The notes beneath the pieces are model-generated. The model did no database searches and was not told the origin of the DNA. It saw only the letters and a list, made by a program, of their open reading frames with translations. A stretch of DNA of 64,000 bases from an uncultured Clostridia bacterium (GTDB lineage: Bacteria > Bacillota > Clostridia > Christensenellales > DTU072): positions 10,053 to 74,052 of the forward strand of contig CALVZV010000002.1 in the NCBI GenBank assembly GCA_944372665.1. Reading direction: 5' to 3'. How positions within the stretch are numbered: position 1 is the first letter of the stretch; each line of letters starts with the position of its first letter. This document shows, piece after piece, positions 7,742-21,800 of this stretch. The position numbers and the translations under genes are program-made.

Positions 7742-9739
7742 ATGAAATATTTCGGCACAGACGGTATTCGCGGTAAAAGCGCGATGTTCACGTCGGATTT
7801 TCTGGAAAAAACGGCGCAGGCGGTCAAGGCTTTTTACGGCAGGATCAGCGTCGTTGTCGCACGCGATACGCGGACGAGCGGAAAGAAAATAGTTTCGGTT
7901 TTGTCAAAATACCTCGCATCGGCGGGGATAAACGTGCTGGACGCCGGAATGCTGCCCACGCCGGCGCTGGCTTTTCTGACAAAAGCCAAAAAAGCAGAGA
8001 TAGGCATAATGGTGTCGGCTTCGCATAATCCTCCCGAGTATAACGGACTTAAATTTTTCTCGGGAAAAGGCGCCAAGATCTCGACGGCTGAGGAAGAAGC
8101 TCTCGAAAAACTCATCGATACATCGGTTTTTCAGGCAGAGGAGGGCGGTTCGTACAGGGAATATGCCGACGGGCTGGAAGACTACCTCGGATTCGTGCGC
8201 CGTTCGTTTTCACCCGATCTTAAAGGACTGAAGGTCGTTCTGGACGGCGCGTCCGGGGCGGCAGGGAGCGCCGCGGTGGCGCTGTTCCGCGGTCTGGGGG
8301 CATCGGTCACGGCGCTCAACGCGGAAGGCGACGGCTCAAGGATCAACGTCGGCACTGGCGCGGCGCACCCCGAATACATTATCGGGGAATCGCTGAATTC
8401 GGACGCGGACATAGCTTTTTCCTACGACGGAGACGGCGACAGGGTGATAGCCGCCGTCAAAGGCGCGTGCATTGACGGCGACAATATGATGTATGCGGCG
8501 GCAAAATATTTTATGGAGAAAGGCAGACTGAGCCCTCCCGTGCTTGTCGGAACGGTGATGACGAATCTGGGCGCGGAAAAGGCACTGAACGCGCTTGGCA
8601 TAAAACTTTTAAGGACGCCCGTGGGCGACAAATACGTGTCTATGCTGATGGAAGAGGGCGGCTATCCGATAGGCGGAGAAAGATCGGGACACATAATCTT
8701 TTCGGATTTCGCAGCTACCGGCGACGGCATACTGACATCGCTCATAATCGCCGCCGTGGCAAAGGAAAAAAACGTCTCGGAGTATGCCGATTACGGCGAA
8801 TATCCCACGGCGTCGGACGAGATCAAGACGGACGAACGCGGCAAACGCGTGTTCGAATCCAGCCCCGAAATAGCGGCGTTTAAAGCCTTTCTGGAATCGG
8901 AAGGCAACGGCAGGATAATAGCGCGTCCCTCCGGCACCGAGCCCGTGATAAGGCTGACCGCGGAGGATCCGGACATGTCCGTCGCCAGAAGATCAGTCAG
9001 ACGTTTAAAAGCGTACGCGTCCAAAATCATCGAACTTGAGTCTGAAGTAAAGGCTACCGAAAACGAATATAAGGTGACCCGAAATTTCAAAACAAGCGAT
9101 AAGAAACTGAAAGAAGCGGAGGAGGCGGGCGCCGTGGTGCTGTCGCCCGAAACGACGTTCATAGCCGATTCGGTCAAGCTGGGCAAAGGCGCTACGGTCT
9201 ATCCCATGAACGTATTGACGGGCAATACCGCGATAGGCGAAAACAGCGTCATTTATCCGTTCTGCGAGCTTAACGACACCGTCGTCGGAGAGGGGTGCGA
9301 GGTGCGTTCGACTTTTGCGACCAAGGCTGTGATAGGCGCACGTACGTCGGTAGGACCCTTCGCGTGCCTGAGGGCGGGAGCGCATATAGGCGCCGGCTGC
9401 AGGATAGGCGACTTCGTGGAGGTCAAAAACTCCGTGTTGGGCGACGGCGTAAAAGCCGCGCATCTGACCTATATCGGCGACGCGGACGTCGGCGGGGGCA
9501 CCAACGTCGGGTGCGGCACGGTATTTGCCAATTACGACGGCGTCGGGAAAAGACGTTCCAGGGTGGGGGAAGGCGTTTTTATAGGCTGCAATTCCAATTT
9601 GATAGCGCCCGTGGACGTGGGCGACGGCGCGTATATAGCCGGCGGCAGCACGGTCACGGACGACGTGCCCGAGGACGCGCTGTGTATCGCCAGAGCGCGT
9701 CAGTGCGTCAAAAAGGATTGGCGCAGAAAGCCCGAATAA
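7742..9739 (+). CDS. glmM: Fusion: phosphoglucosamine mutase plus GlmU-type glucosamine-1-P N-acetyltransferase (hexapeptide domain)
   Basis: FGTDGIRG, SASHNP, DGDGDR, GGE.SGH, R.SGTEP, then GDFVEVKNS, HLTYIGDA, NYDG, IARARQ; no nucleotidyltransferase domain. Confidence 0.9.
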   Translation: MKYFGTDGIRGKSAMFTSDFLEKTAQAVKAFYGRISVVVARDTRTSGKKIVSVLSKYLASAGINVLDAGMLPTPALAFLTKAKKAEIGIMVSASHNPPEYNGLKFFSGKGAKISTAEEEALEKLIDTSVFQAEEGGSYREYADGLEDYLGFVRRSFSPDLKGLKVVLDGASGAAGSAAVALFRGLGASVTALNAEGDGSRINVGTGAAHPEYIIGESLNSDADIAFSYDGDGDRVIAAVKGACIDGDNMMYAAAKYFMEKGRLSPPVLVGTVMTNLGAEKALNALGIKLLRTPVGDKYVSMLMEEGGYPIGGERSGHIIFSDFAATGDGILTSLIIAAVAKEKNVSEYADYGEYPTASDEIKTDERGKRVFESSPEIAAFKAFLESEGNGRIIARPSGTEPVIRLTAEDPDMSVARRSVRRLKAYASKIIELESEVKATENEYKVTRNFKTSDKKLKEAEEAGAVVLSPETTFIADSVKLGKGATVYPMNVLTGNTAIGENSVIYPFCELNDTVVGEGCEVRSTFATKAVIGARTSVGPFACLRAGAHIGAGCRIGDFVEVKNSVLGDGVKAAHLTYIGDADVGGGTNVGCGTVFANYDGVGKRRSRVGEGVFIGCNSNLIAPVDVGDGAYIAGGSTVTDDVPEDALCIARARQCVKKDWRRKPE

Positions 9740-9878
9740 GCGGTCGCGCGCGCCGCGCGGCGGTAAAAGTAAAGCAAAAGATATCGGAAGCGCTTGCGGG
9801 GCGCTTCTTTATTATATATAATCTATCTATAAACGCGACGCGCGTATTATTGTCGCGGAAAAAAGGAGTTCGACTCTT

Positions 9879-12800
9879 ATGGCACGTTACAGGATCCCCG
9901 GAAAACATTACACGAAAAGGAGCATTTTAGGCATAACTTTACTGGTTGTAGCCGTTGCCGCGCTGGTAGCCGCGTGCGTAGCCGCCGCGGTGTTGCCGAC
10001 GATGGTGGAAGGTCACGAGGGATCCGATCTTGCTGCGGGCACTTATGTCCGTCCCACCGTGCAGGCCATAGTAGTCGAAAACGAAGGCAGGATCAGCATC
10101 AACGCCGACCTGACCCAGGTGTTTGCGACCGTCCAGTACAGCGACGGGACCTCGGAACAGGTCGCTCTCTCCGAAATGATAGTCGAAGGTCTGGATCTGA
10201 GTCAGGTTCAGAAGCTGGACAACGTGATTTTGGATTACGGCGGTTTCAAGCAGACGGTAAGCTACGAAGTCGTGCCGACGACTCTGACGGTAACGTATCT
10301 TGCGTCTTACGGCGGCAGGATCGAAGGCGACAGCGAACAGTCGGTTGTCGCGGGCGGCGACGCCACCACGGTGAACGCCGTGCCTGCGGAAGGATATAAG
10401 TTCCTCAGGTGGAGCGACGGATATCCTTACGCGTCCAGGCGTGACAAGGAGATCAGCCGCACCATGACCATCACCGCCGTGTTCACCAAACAGACCTTTA
10501 CCGTCATTTTCTATTATCCCGACGGCACGACCGCCAGGGAAGAAACGGTGTTTTACGGCTCTCAGCCCACGAATGTCCCCAGAGCCGACGAAAGCAATAT
10601 GCAGCTTTACGGATACAAATTCACAGGCTGGGACACCAACTACACAAACGTGACGGAGGACCTCAACATCAGACCGATCATGGTCAAGGACGCCGTCGAT
10701 CTGGAGGTCGAATTCACCTCGGACGGCAGCGGTCCGCTGGGCTACATAGAGGATCTGGAACCGTATTATCCCAAAGGACAGCAGTCGGTCCTGCGCGTCA
10801 GGGCTAACGACAGCAGGATATTTACGGGCTGGGAAATCCTCAATTTCGACGGCGAGTGGGTCGAGGTGGCTCCCGAAGGAGTCAGCCAGCAGATAGAGCT
10901 TGCCGACGGAAGTTTCGTTATGTTCACCTCTGCCAGGACGGGGACAAGCGAGGAGTACACGCTGTCGTTTACATTGCCCTCCGATTCGTATTCGACCACG
11001 GCGGGCATCATCTATTCCATGAAGATGCGCGCGGACTTTGTCTACAAGGAGAGCGTTATTTCCTTTGCCAGCAACGGCGCGCCCGTTTCGAATCTTCCTT
11101 CGGTGATACTTCAGTACGGCGATCCCATCGGCGGAGTATTCGACGTCGAGGATCTGTCGGTGATAGCTCTCGGAGGATTTACTTTCGGCGGCTGGTACTA
11201 CGAGACCGAGCCCGACGGCACGCCCGTCGTGCTGACCAACGACGCGATAATAGAACGAGACGTCACTTTGACTGCGCACTGGATCAGGAACGTATATACC
11301 GTCGTGTTCAAACTCGACGGGGTGGAAAACTTCAACGACTTTACGACTTTGCCGGGATATGACGCGGAAGCGGGCGGAATAGTGCTCACGGCGGAATATC
11401 AGACCGCCGTGGCGGGCGCGCTGACGGGAGAATTCCCCGCAGTGACGCCCGAAAAGACCGACTATGTGTTCGACGGCTGGTTCGTGTCGGATATGGGCGA
11501 AGCCACTTCCGTAGCGGTGACGCGTGAATATACGGTATCCGGAAACGTGGACGTCATACCCGTTTTCAGCGTCATAACCAAGGACTTTTCCGTGTCGCTG
11601 AAGGGCGCGGGCGCCGTGTACGTGATAAGTGACGCCGGGATGGCGACGTCACCCGTTCAGGGCGTTGTCAAGGTCCCCGTCAACGAGGATTTCAGATACG
11701 CCGTCGTGCCCTCCGCGGGCTATATCGTAACTTCCGTACGGCTTAACGGCGAAGTGGTTGCCGAAGGCGACGTTCAGCTTTCCGACAACAGATACGTCGG
11801 CACCATCGAAGTCAATACGATAGTGACGGCTTCTCAGCTTAAACTGGAAGTCGATTTCGAACTGGTTTCGTATTCGGTGAACGTGGCTAACGGCTCCACG
11901 GGTCTGGCTGGAACCGTCGAGTATTACGTTTCGGGCACGTCGGGAGACGGCAGCTGGACGACGAACGCTTCTTCGGCGTTTACCGTGTCCGTACCTTCGG
12001 GCGGCAGTCTGGTGATGCGTATAACCGCGCCCGAAGGCAATTTCGTTTCTTCGCTGAGCGTCAACGCTCTTGCCGAAGCGCTGCCCGCCGACGCGGAGAC
12101 TTACACTTTCACCGTTGCCGACGTGATAGCCAATACCTCGGTGGAAATAGGCTACCGCGGACTTTATTATACCGTGACGCTGCCCGAGAGCGTGGAAAAC
12201 GCCGCCATAGAAGGGCCGACGGAAACGTCTTTCCAGAAAGGCACCGACCCCGGCAACTATATCGTTACGGCGGATACGGGATATTATATTTCGGCGATCA
12301 GGGTCAACGGCACGGTTCTCGATCCGTACGTTTATTTCTCCTCCCAGATCAGCGGCGGTTGCCACATAGTCGGATTCCGCGTCAACGACGAGGAAGTTTC
12401 CGAATATTTCGGTTCGGGCGATTACCGTATCACCAGAGTCGAATTTTATATAGACTCCATTTCCAGGAACACCGAGATAGAAATAGAAACCGCGCAGCTT
12501 TATTACCGCATCAATACCAGCTATTACGGCGGAGAAGGCAGCGTTACCGAGAGTTTCGTAGTCGGATACGGCGACATAGCCGAAGTGGTCGCAAAGACCG
12601 ACAACACCTATTCCGTGGCTTCGGTGGAGGTCAACGGCGAGGTGGAAAACTATCCGCCCAGACTCAACAGCGTCACTTATACCACCCCCGAAGTCAAACG
12701 CGATTATTACATAGTGTTCAGCTTCATCAGGGCGCTGCAGACCGTCACGTTCACCACCAACGATACCGACATGAAGCTCAGCTATAACGGTTCTGACGTG

Positions 12801-15800
12801 TTCGTCGGCGCCATGACGTCTGTGGCGGACATTCCGCGCGGGTCCTCGCCCGTTTTCGTGGTCACCGCGCCCGAGGACGCCACACTCGATTCGATCACCG
12901 TCTATACCGCCGCCGGGACTTCGTATCCCGAGGTGATAGGCTACGGCGTGACTTCGCATACGATGACGTTCGACGCCATAGAATCCGATTATACCGTCGA
13001 AATAGCGTTCAGCGAGGTTTCGTATTACGTTACCGCCGTCGTTGAGGACGGCAACAATTCTGCGGTCACTTTGTTCGGCAGCACCGTCATGGGCGACGAG
13101 CTGCTGCAGGAAACCGCTCCTTACCGTGCAGCATATAACGGCAGCGCCACGATCAACATCAATATAGTTGCGACCAGGACGCTGACCATAGACGACGTTT
13201 CGGTCGTGAACGTCTCCGGCGGCGACTATTATTATGTGGCGTCGTCCACCGGTATTTCAGGCGCCGATTACGGCGCGTACACGCTGGAGAACGTCTCCGG
13301 CGGCGTCATCACGGTCAGCGTGTACGGTATACGTTCCGACGTCAGGGTATTCCTCAACTTCCGTGACAATAACGCCTCGGACGGCACGGTCAAATTCGGG
13401 TCGATGGGTTCCGGCGCGTTAAGCGCTTCCGGCGGCGGCGCCGAACTCACAAGCGGCAGCGCGCTGGCAGTCGGCACCGAAATCCGATTCGAAGCAGAAG
13501 CTTATGCCGGCGCGGTGCTGGAAGGCTATTTGGTCAACGGACAGTTCACGCAGGCGTCCGAAACTTTGGACTACACGGTCGGCGAAGGTCTTAACAGCGT
13601 TTATGCGCTGTTCGGAGAAGTGCGCCGTTATATCAACGTCAATCTGTCTTCCGGCTCCGGCACCGTCAATTCCGACGCGGTCTACGTATCCGACGGAGAG
13701 GGCTTCAGCGTCCGCTTTATCCCTGCCGCAGGATATTCGTTGGGTAGTTTCTATGTGTCTTACGGCTCTACTTCCAGACGCGATCCCGGCACCACCGAAA
13801 TAGAAACTTATCCCGGCGGCGTGGTCCAGTGGAACTTCCCCGCCGGCACGGTATACGACGGCGACGTCACCGTACACGCCGCGTTCACGACAAACAACTA
13901 TACGCTTTCCATATCGTATTCTTCCGGCGGCACCGTCGGCGGCAGCGAACAGGGCAGCAACTACGTTTATTCCAGCGCCGTGTCGATGAATATAGAAGCC
14001 AACCCCGGCTACTATATCAGCTCCGTCACCGTCGGCGGACTTTCGTATGCTCCGTCGCAGCTGTCCGGCGCGCAGCTTGACAGCTCTACCAACTGCTTTG
14101 TTTCGGGTACGCTCAATTTTAAGATCACCGGCGACACGCTGGTCAGGATAGAGTTCTCGCCCAACGCTTACACCCTGATAATTTCGGATACGCTGGGCGG
14201 CGTGACCTACGTAATGACCGACGCCGAGAACGGCTCGGGCTACGAGAACACCGACTCCGTCACGTTCGGTGCGGAGGAGAATCTGCGCCTCAGACTTAAC
14301 GCGGAAGAAGGATATCACATCGCCGAAATCATCGTGAACGGCGTTAGTATCTGGGATTGGCAGATAAGCGGCGTTGACGAGAACGAGATGACCGAAATAT
14401 ATTACGACCTCGGCAGACGCAGCAGCTCCCTGAGCGTCCGCGTCGTATACGAGATCAACAAATACTACATCGACGTCAACGGGTTCAACTCCAGCCCCAA
14501 CTTCGCTTCGCGAGACACCGATCCCTCAACTTACGGTACTGTTAGCGTGACGGGCTACGTTTCCGACGCCGACGGCATCTATACCGGCATATCTCACGGC
14601 AGCGATATAAGAGTGGTCGTCACTCCCAGAAGCACGCGCGGATATTACGTCGAAAGCGTGGTCATATATTACGTCGAACCGGGCGGCAAAGAGGGTATAA
14701 TAACGCTTTCGCGCGAACAGATGCCCGTAACCGGCGGCGCCTATCTGATAGAGAATGTTTCATTCGACATAACCTCCCTTAGCGTAGAATTCAAGCGATA
14801 TCAGTACAGTTTCGACATTTCCGAATCCGATATCAATATCAACCTCGAATACCAGCCTTCCGGACTGTATGCGTTCAACGGCGCGGTGACGGTGACTTTC
14901 TATAATCCTTATGACCGCAACGCCGAAGTAATCATCGAAAACGGTATGTACGAGTACGGTCTGAACTATACTCTGACCGCCGATCCCGGAGCGGGATACG
15001 AAAGGACGGGTCTCATAATCAACGGCGAGGATCGCATGTCCTCGGTACGCAACAATGCGGTCTCCGGCGCGGTGACCTCAAACGTAGTGGCAAAAGCCGC
15101 GTTCGAGATCAAGCGTCATACGGTGGCTTTTGCCCTTCAGACGACCGGCGGAGCCATGGGCAGCATAATGCTGGAAGGCGATATGGATGACGGAAGCGTC
15201 TTCGTTTGGGCTCCCGAATATGCATTAAGCGGAGTCTATGTTCTCAATTCGGGTATTATCTGGGCTGAGTACGACGGCAAGGAGACCGCCTTGACAGTGA
15301 CCTACGGCACATCGCTCAGGTTTATCGCCACTCCCGATTTCGACAGCAGCGGAAGCATTATCGAATCGTTTTCGATATTCACCGATTCGGCTTTGCAGCG
15401 GGTCACCGTCGAGGACGCCACCCTCGCCAAGAGCGAAACGCATGCGATCGCGGGCGAGACCTATGCCGTGGCGTCGTTTGCGGTAAAGTCGTATTACTTT
15501 ACGGTGATTTCCGCAGAAGGAGGCAACCCGTCGGTGTCTTCCGCAACGGTGAAGTGGGGAGAAAACTTCAAATTCGGATACGAGCTGTATACGGGTTATG
15601 AAGTGGACGGCTATCACGAGGACGACGTATTCATCGTATCCGTGGACGGCACAGTGCTGCCGACCAACGAACTGAACGCGATACGCGCGGAGTTGTTCGC
15701 GGAAGGCGAAAAGCGCACCTATACTTTCGAAAACGTCAGGGCGGACTATGTAATAACCATTTCTCCCGCGCGCAGAAAATACAGCGCGACCTTTACCGGC

Positions 15801-18800
15801 GGATACGCCCAAAGGCATTCCGACACCGTTTTTGCTGTCGCCGAGCTTTCCATAAGCGGCGGCAGATCGTTCAGTTCCCTCGATCTGGGCACCGGCTTGC
15901 CTCCCGAGGCATGGAAACCTTCCGGCGGCATCGGAGCCGATTACGACGGCATGCGCTTCAACGACAGGGTCACCGTAAAGCTTACTCCCGCCGAGGGATA
16001 CAATCTCGTTGCCGCCACGGTAATAATGGGAGAAGCCGTATATACCGTAGAGGACTTCGTTTACGGCAACGGTTATTACACGCTGACGATAGACGCGGTC
16101 AAGGCTAATTTCGAAGTCAACGTGAAATACGAACTCAGGACCTACGAAGTGGCGTTCGCGTCGGCTTCCGGCGGTACCGTGGACGGCATAGAGTTTGTTG
16201 AAGGCGGCGGCAATTGGGTATCGGGCGAGAAGATAGGGCACCACTCCGTGATACGTATAGGGTTTACCGCGTATACGGGATATTATCTGTCCTCGCTCGC
16301 CATCAACGGTATATCCTACACGATAGGCTATAATAAGGGTGCGTATCAATATAACGTGATCCCGACCAAGACCAACGACGGCATCTATGTTTATACGGCT
16401 ACGTTCACCGTAAACGACGCTTTCGTCAATGCCATGCCGGTCATTTCCATAGAGGCAGGTTTTTCGCCGCAGGCGTTTGCGCTGAGCCTGGTGATCAACC
16501 GCAAAGAGTTTGCCAACGGTTCCGGGGACGCTTCGATCAGGGTCTCTTCGGAATACGGTTCGGTCGAATACAATACAAAGGGCGGCACGCCTATACTCCA
16601 TTCGTTCACGACGGGCTACGAGATCAAATCGCTGACGCTTTACAACAACGCCAACTGGAGCGTGGACGTGTCCGGCGCCAGCAGAATTGGCACTCTGACG
16701 GGCGTGGCATACGGCGCAATGACGGGTAAAAACCAGTACGAAAAGCGTCCCGACGCGGATTACAACAATCTTGATCTGACGATGTATCTGGATATTTCGT
16801 TGGATTTCGGCGGCAAAGCGCTGTTCTCGTACCTGGATATTCACGATCCCGACCTGTCCACGCTGTATATGGTGTATGAGACGGAGCTTAGCAAATACAG
16901 CGTCAATTTCGTCGACAACAGTCTGGCATACATGGTGGCGGACGGCACGGAATACAAGTTTACGTCCGAGGGCTCCGCTAACGGCTCATATTTCGTTAAC
17001 GGCGTCAGCGTCGCTACCTATTCGATATCCTTCAGCGACGATTCGACTTCGCTTACGGGACACACTCACGGCTCCTTAGCGACTTTCAATGTACAGCTTT
17101 CGGACGCGGTCAATTACGTGTTCGAAGGTTTCCAGGAGTACCGTAACGGTACTTGGTCGTACGTCAGAAACGGAATAAACGGCATAACGGTCGCGGCAAA
17201 CGGTCTGGAAATGAGATATACCATGACCTCCACGCGCACGTTCCGCGCGGTATTCTATCATATTTATACCGTGACGGTGGAAATTATGCCGAATTACAAA
17301 TATATTTCAGGCAATTTCTCGTCCGCGAACCCGGACAGCATGGTGTATCAGATCTACGCTTCGATAACGGCTTTGGCAAACTATGACGCTCAGGGCAATC
17401 CCGACAGGATACTGCCCGACATCGCAGCCAACAAGGACGGCGTGATAACCGAAACGCTAGAGAACGGCGGCGCCAGGGGCGGAGCCGCGGTCTTCCGCAT
17501 CAGAAGCGGAGCGGTGTTCACTCCGTTCGGAGCGGATACCGTTTCAAGCGTCAACCGCGCCAACATAGCTTTCTATACGACGCGTCTTTTCAACACGCTG
17601 CCGATACAGACCCTGAACGTCGTTTCGGATACTACGCTTTATGCGGGAGATCCGTCCATGGCGGTATATCTGAGCTTCCTGTCAGAAACCTACGGCGCTT
17701 CCAACTCCAACGCGGGCGGTAGCCTGAACGTGTCGCTCAGCTCCAACTCTTACCGCGTGTCCGCAGGCAGTGCGGTTACAATAGCGATAACTCCAAATTC
17801 GGGATACCGTATAGAGTCAGTAGGGTACCTGTTGGATACCGGAACGCCTGATTCCAACGGCAACAGGCGTTTTACCACGACGTATAAAACCTTTACTCCC
17901 GGCACGGGAGAGGAGAACTTCGCCTTGAGTGCTGCGGAAGCAAACGGCGTCGTCAGACTGAACGTGACCGTCACCGAAAACATGATCATTAAGATCAGGT
18001 ACGTCAAGCAGGTGACAGTCGTGAGGACGGTGGCGCTGTTCGAAAACAAGACCGTCAAACCCGGATTCGCTACCGCGAGCGTATTCGAGGACAACACCTG
18101 GGTAGACAACACAAGGGTATTCGATTACGGCACGCAGGTCAACTTTAAAGTCGTGGAAGGTCTTGCCAACGCCGCCAACGTAAACGTGGGGTACGATACG
18201 CGTTACCGTTTTATGGGATATATGATAAACGGCGTTATGCAGTACAACGACCTTACGCGCGGCTATCCAGGCTCAGCCGAAAGCAGTTTCGTACTGGACG
18301 ATCTGGGCGGCAAACTCAACGGCGCCACGATAACCAACGTAAGCACTTCCGGTGGCACGGAATTCAGACTGGAAGTCGTGGCGGTTTACCAACCGGTATA
18401 TACGATAGTCGCGGAGAATATCTACCGATATCAGGACGACAGCGGCGAATGGCGTTATGAACCCGCCGGCGAAATAGTCGCTACCACTACGCTTTACAAT
18501 TCGGAGCGTCCGCAGTACTATTCCAGTTCCACGCGCGTGGAGAGCTATCTCGGCGGCGATCCCACCAAACAGACCATCCAGGTCATGGAACAGCTGAACG
18601 GGATCACCGGTGCGGCATATAACACGTGGAGCGACAATACGATCACGCTTGAGTGGTCGGGGACCGGCAAGGAGGAAGGCTTCGAGCTGGTGGGCTGGCA
18701 GTATTGGTACTACCGCGGCGAGCAGTACGGCGGATGGAACTGGGGGCTTATTCCCGACGCGACGGGCAGCACGTACAACGCTGCCAAGAACAATTATACC

Positions 18801-21800
18801 TTCCCGGTTTCCGCGCTTTACGACGAATCGTATCTGAGGATGGTCAGCACGGACAACTCCATCCTGGGCGACGACGAGAATTATCTGGCGTTCACGTGTT
18901 CGGATTCCGGCGACTATGTCTACGGAGATATAGGCTCGTATTGCATAGTGATACGCCCGCTGTTCCAGCAAAAGAACGTATTGGAACTGATTCCATCCGT
19001 GGCAATGCAGGAACCCGGCAACTATATCGACGGAGAGGGCGACCAAAGCCCGAGAATAGAGGGTACGGCATATCCTTCGGCGTCGTTTAACGCCGGTACG
19101 ATGCAGACCGCGCTGCCCAACACGTTCGACGATTACATTTTCGACGGCTGGTGGGTATCCGCGGACGGCGAACGCGTCATGCTGGAAAAAACGGGAACAT
19201 GGCTGTCGATACAGGTGGACGGTTCCGAAAGAGAATTGCAATACAAATATAATCCGGACGACGACTCGCTGAACGTGATAATGAACGATTCGTACACCAT
19301 TTACCCGAGATATACGCGTAAATATACGATGAACATAGCCGTCAGCAGCCTTTCGGGGACTGCGGCGAGTCTGATTGAGGCGCTGCCCAAAATGCAGATA
19401 GCGTTTATCGAGGGCGAGAAAGAAACCGAAATTACGGATTTCGACGGTAAACAGCTACTAAATTACACGATGCCCGTCGGTTCCAAACTTGTGATCACGC
19501 TGCCGCTGGGCAAGGATAAGGACAAGGACGACTGGACGGACGAACGCGGCAGAATTGACTTGTTTAACCCAATATACGACCGCGTCGCCGGTATCAGCAT
19601 TTTGGACAACAACGGAAACGAACTGTTCGGCCAAAACTCGGATTACGACGATGCTGCCGACAGCGAATTTGCATCCGATTATTTCAGCCAACGCCTTTCC
19701 GCTACAGCCTTGAGCAGCGATGATTTTGCAGATTATATTAATAAGATCAATGCAATCAAGCTTGTAATAACTGCCAATACGTCCAAGCGCATCAATATTA
19801 ATTTCCTCAGCTACGGCGAACTGATCATTCACAACCTGTATTGCAGTAAAACCGGTTCGGGTATAAAACTTCCCGCGGATTTTGCCATAGCTCTGGGTGC
19901 CGACGAAGCGGCGGCGAGCGACTACTGGATTTACGACGGCGACGAAATGGACAGCGACGGCAAGGTTAACGGTGAAATCAGTATAATCAATATACCGATT
20001 TCACCCGATATCCAATACGACAAACAGTCCTCCAGCGATTTCTGGGTCAGGATCAAACAAAGCGAAGACGTTAAGCTGACGCTGGACACCTCGTCCTATA
20101 TATCAAAACTCAATTTCAATCTTAACGGCAATGATACCGCGACGGAGTATTTCGTGAAAATCCAGCACGTGTTTTTCTATGACGATCCGGATTCTTACAA
20201 TAATACTTACAGCGGTTATTTGTACGAGAGGAATCCGGAAACGGGCGTGACTGGGTTCAATAAATATGATGCAATACCGTACTCCGAAGGCGTCATCAAA
20301 GAAGGTTATCCGTTTAAGGGCGGCATCGGTACTAAAGGTGACCCGTTCCTGATCTCGACCGCGTTCCAGATGGACAGCCTTAACAGCATTCATCGCGGTA
20401 TGGAGGGCAACCTGTCGCAGGTGTACTTTATGCTGAACAACGATATCGATCTGTCGAGCGACTTCAGCGGTTTGATAGGAGCAGATTTCAAGGTCGGGGA
20501 GCAGACTTATTCCAACGGATTTATCGGGCATCTCGACGGCAACGGGAAAACTTTGAAAAACGTCAGAGTTACTTACGGAGCAAACTACGTCGGCATTTTC
20601 AGCAAGCTGGGCGAAGGAAGCAGCGTTACCAATCTGACAATCAACGGAATTGTGACGGGAGCGTCTTATGTCGGGATGCTGGCGGGTGAACTGTACGGAG
20701 GCACAATAAACCAAGTACGGGTTACCGCGCTTCCCAATACAAACGTGTCGACCGTACAGGGCGAAAACTACGTCGGCGGCATCGTGGGATATATGCGCGG
20801 AACCACCAGCATCAACGCTGTGGTCGAGGACTGCTCTGTCAGCAATGCCATGGTGGTATCCATCAGAGGAGGAACATTGGATGACAAATCCAATTCGTAT
20901 ACCGGCGGCGCAGGCGGCATTGCAGGAGCGGTCGCCGCAAACGCGTATATTTCCGGCAGCGTTAACGAGGCGGCAGACGGCAGAGTTACCGGTACTTCCG
21001 AGGTCACGAACGTTACGGTTCTTTCGCCCTTGCTGTCAGGGCAGGTCGCTGGTTCCCTGGAAGATTATGAACAGGAGCAATCGACCGATTATAACAAAGG
21101 AATCAGCGGAGTTATTGCTTACAGCGTCAATTACGACTTCACCGATAATTTGTTGGGAGTGGGCGGGATAGTCGGCTCGGTGGGCCAAAACAGATACGTT
21201 GAAAACGTATATTACGTCGTAAATTCCGACACGAAGATCTATTCCATTCAGGCGTCGGGAACTTACTCCGGTTACAAGGCGCCCGATAAAGGTTCCGTTT
21301 ATAAGCTCGGCATCGGTATTATTACGGCAAGAAACATCGGCAAGATATCTTCCGCTCACGTAATAACCGCAAACGATACTCCGCGTACCGTTACGCTTAC
21401 GGGCGCGTTTATCGGAGGGATAGCGGGCGTGAACTTCGGAATAATCGAGGCGTCGAGCGTGACCAACGTCAAACTGTACAGCGACCGTTCCGTAGGTTTG
21501 ATGACGTCGGTAGGAGGTATTGCCGGAGTTAACTGGGAAACAGGGAAAATCGTTAATTCGTATTTCGAATTGTCCTCGTCCGAACTCGTCACGGGCGTCA
21601 GAGAGCGGTCGGCAATAGAGCTTACCACCGGCGGCAACACCATCTACGACCCCATAGCCAACTATTCCGGCAGCGTCGGTCTCAACGGCGGACTGAACAA
21701 TATTTATGAAGTGATCACCGCAGCCGACTCTGCCAACGTATATATCGGTCTGGCGGCGGGGTACAACAGCGGTTCGATAACCTCCGATAAAAATGTGAGC

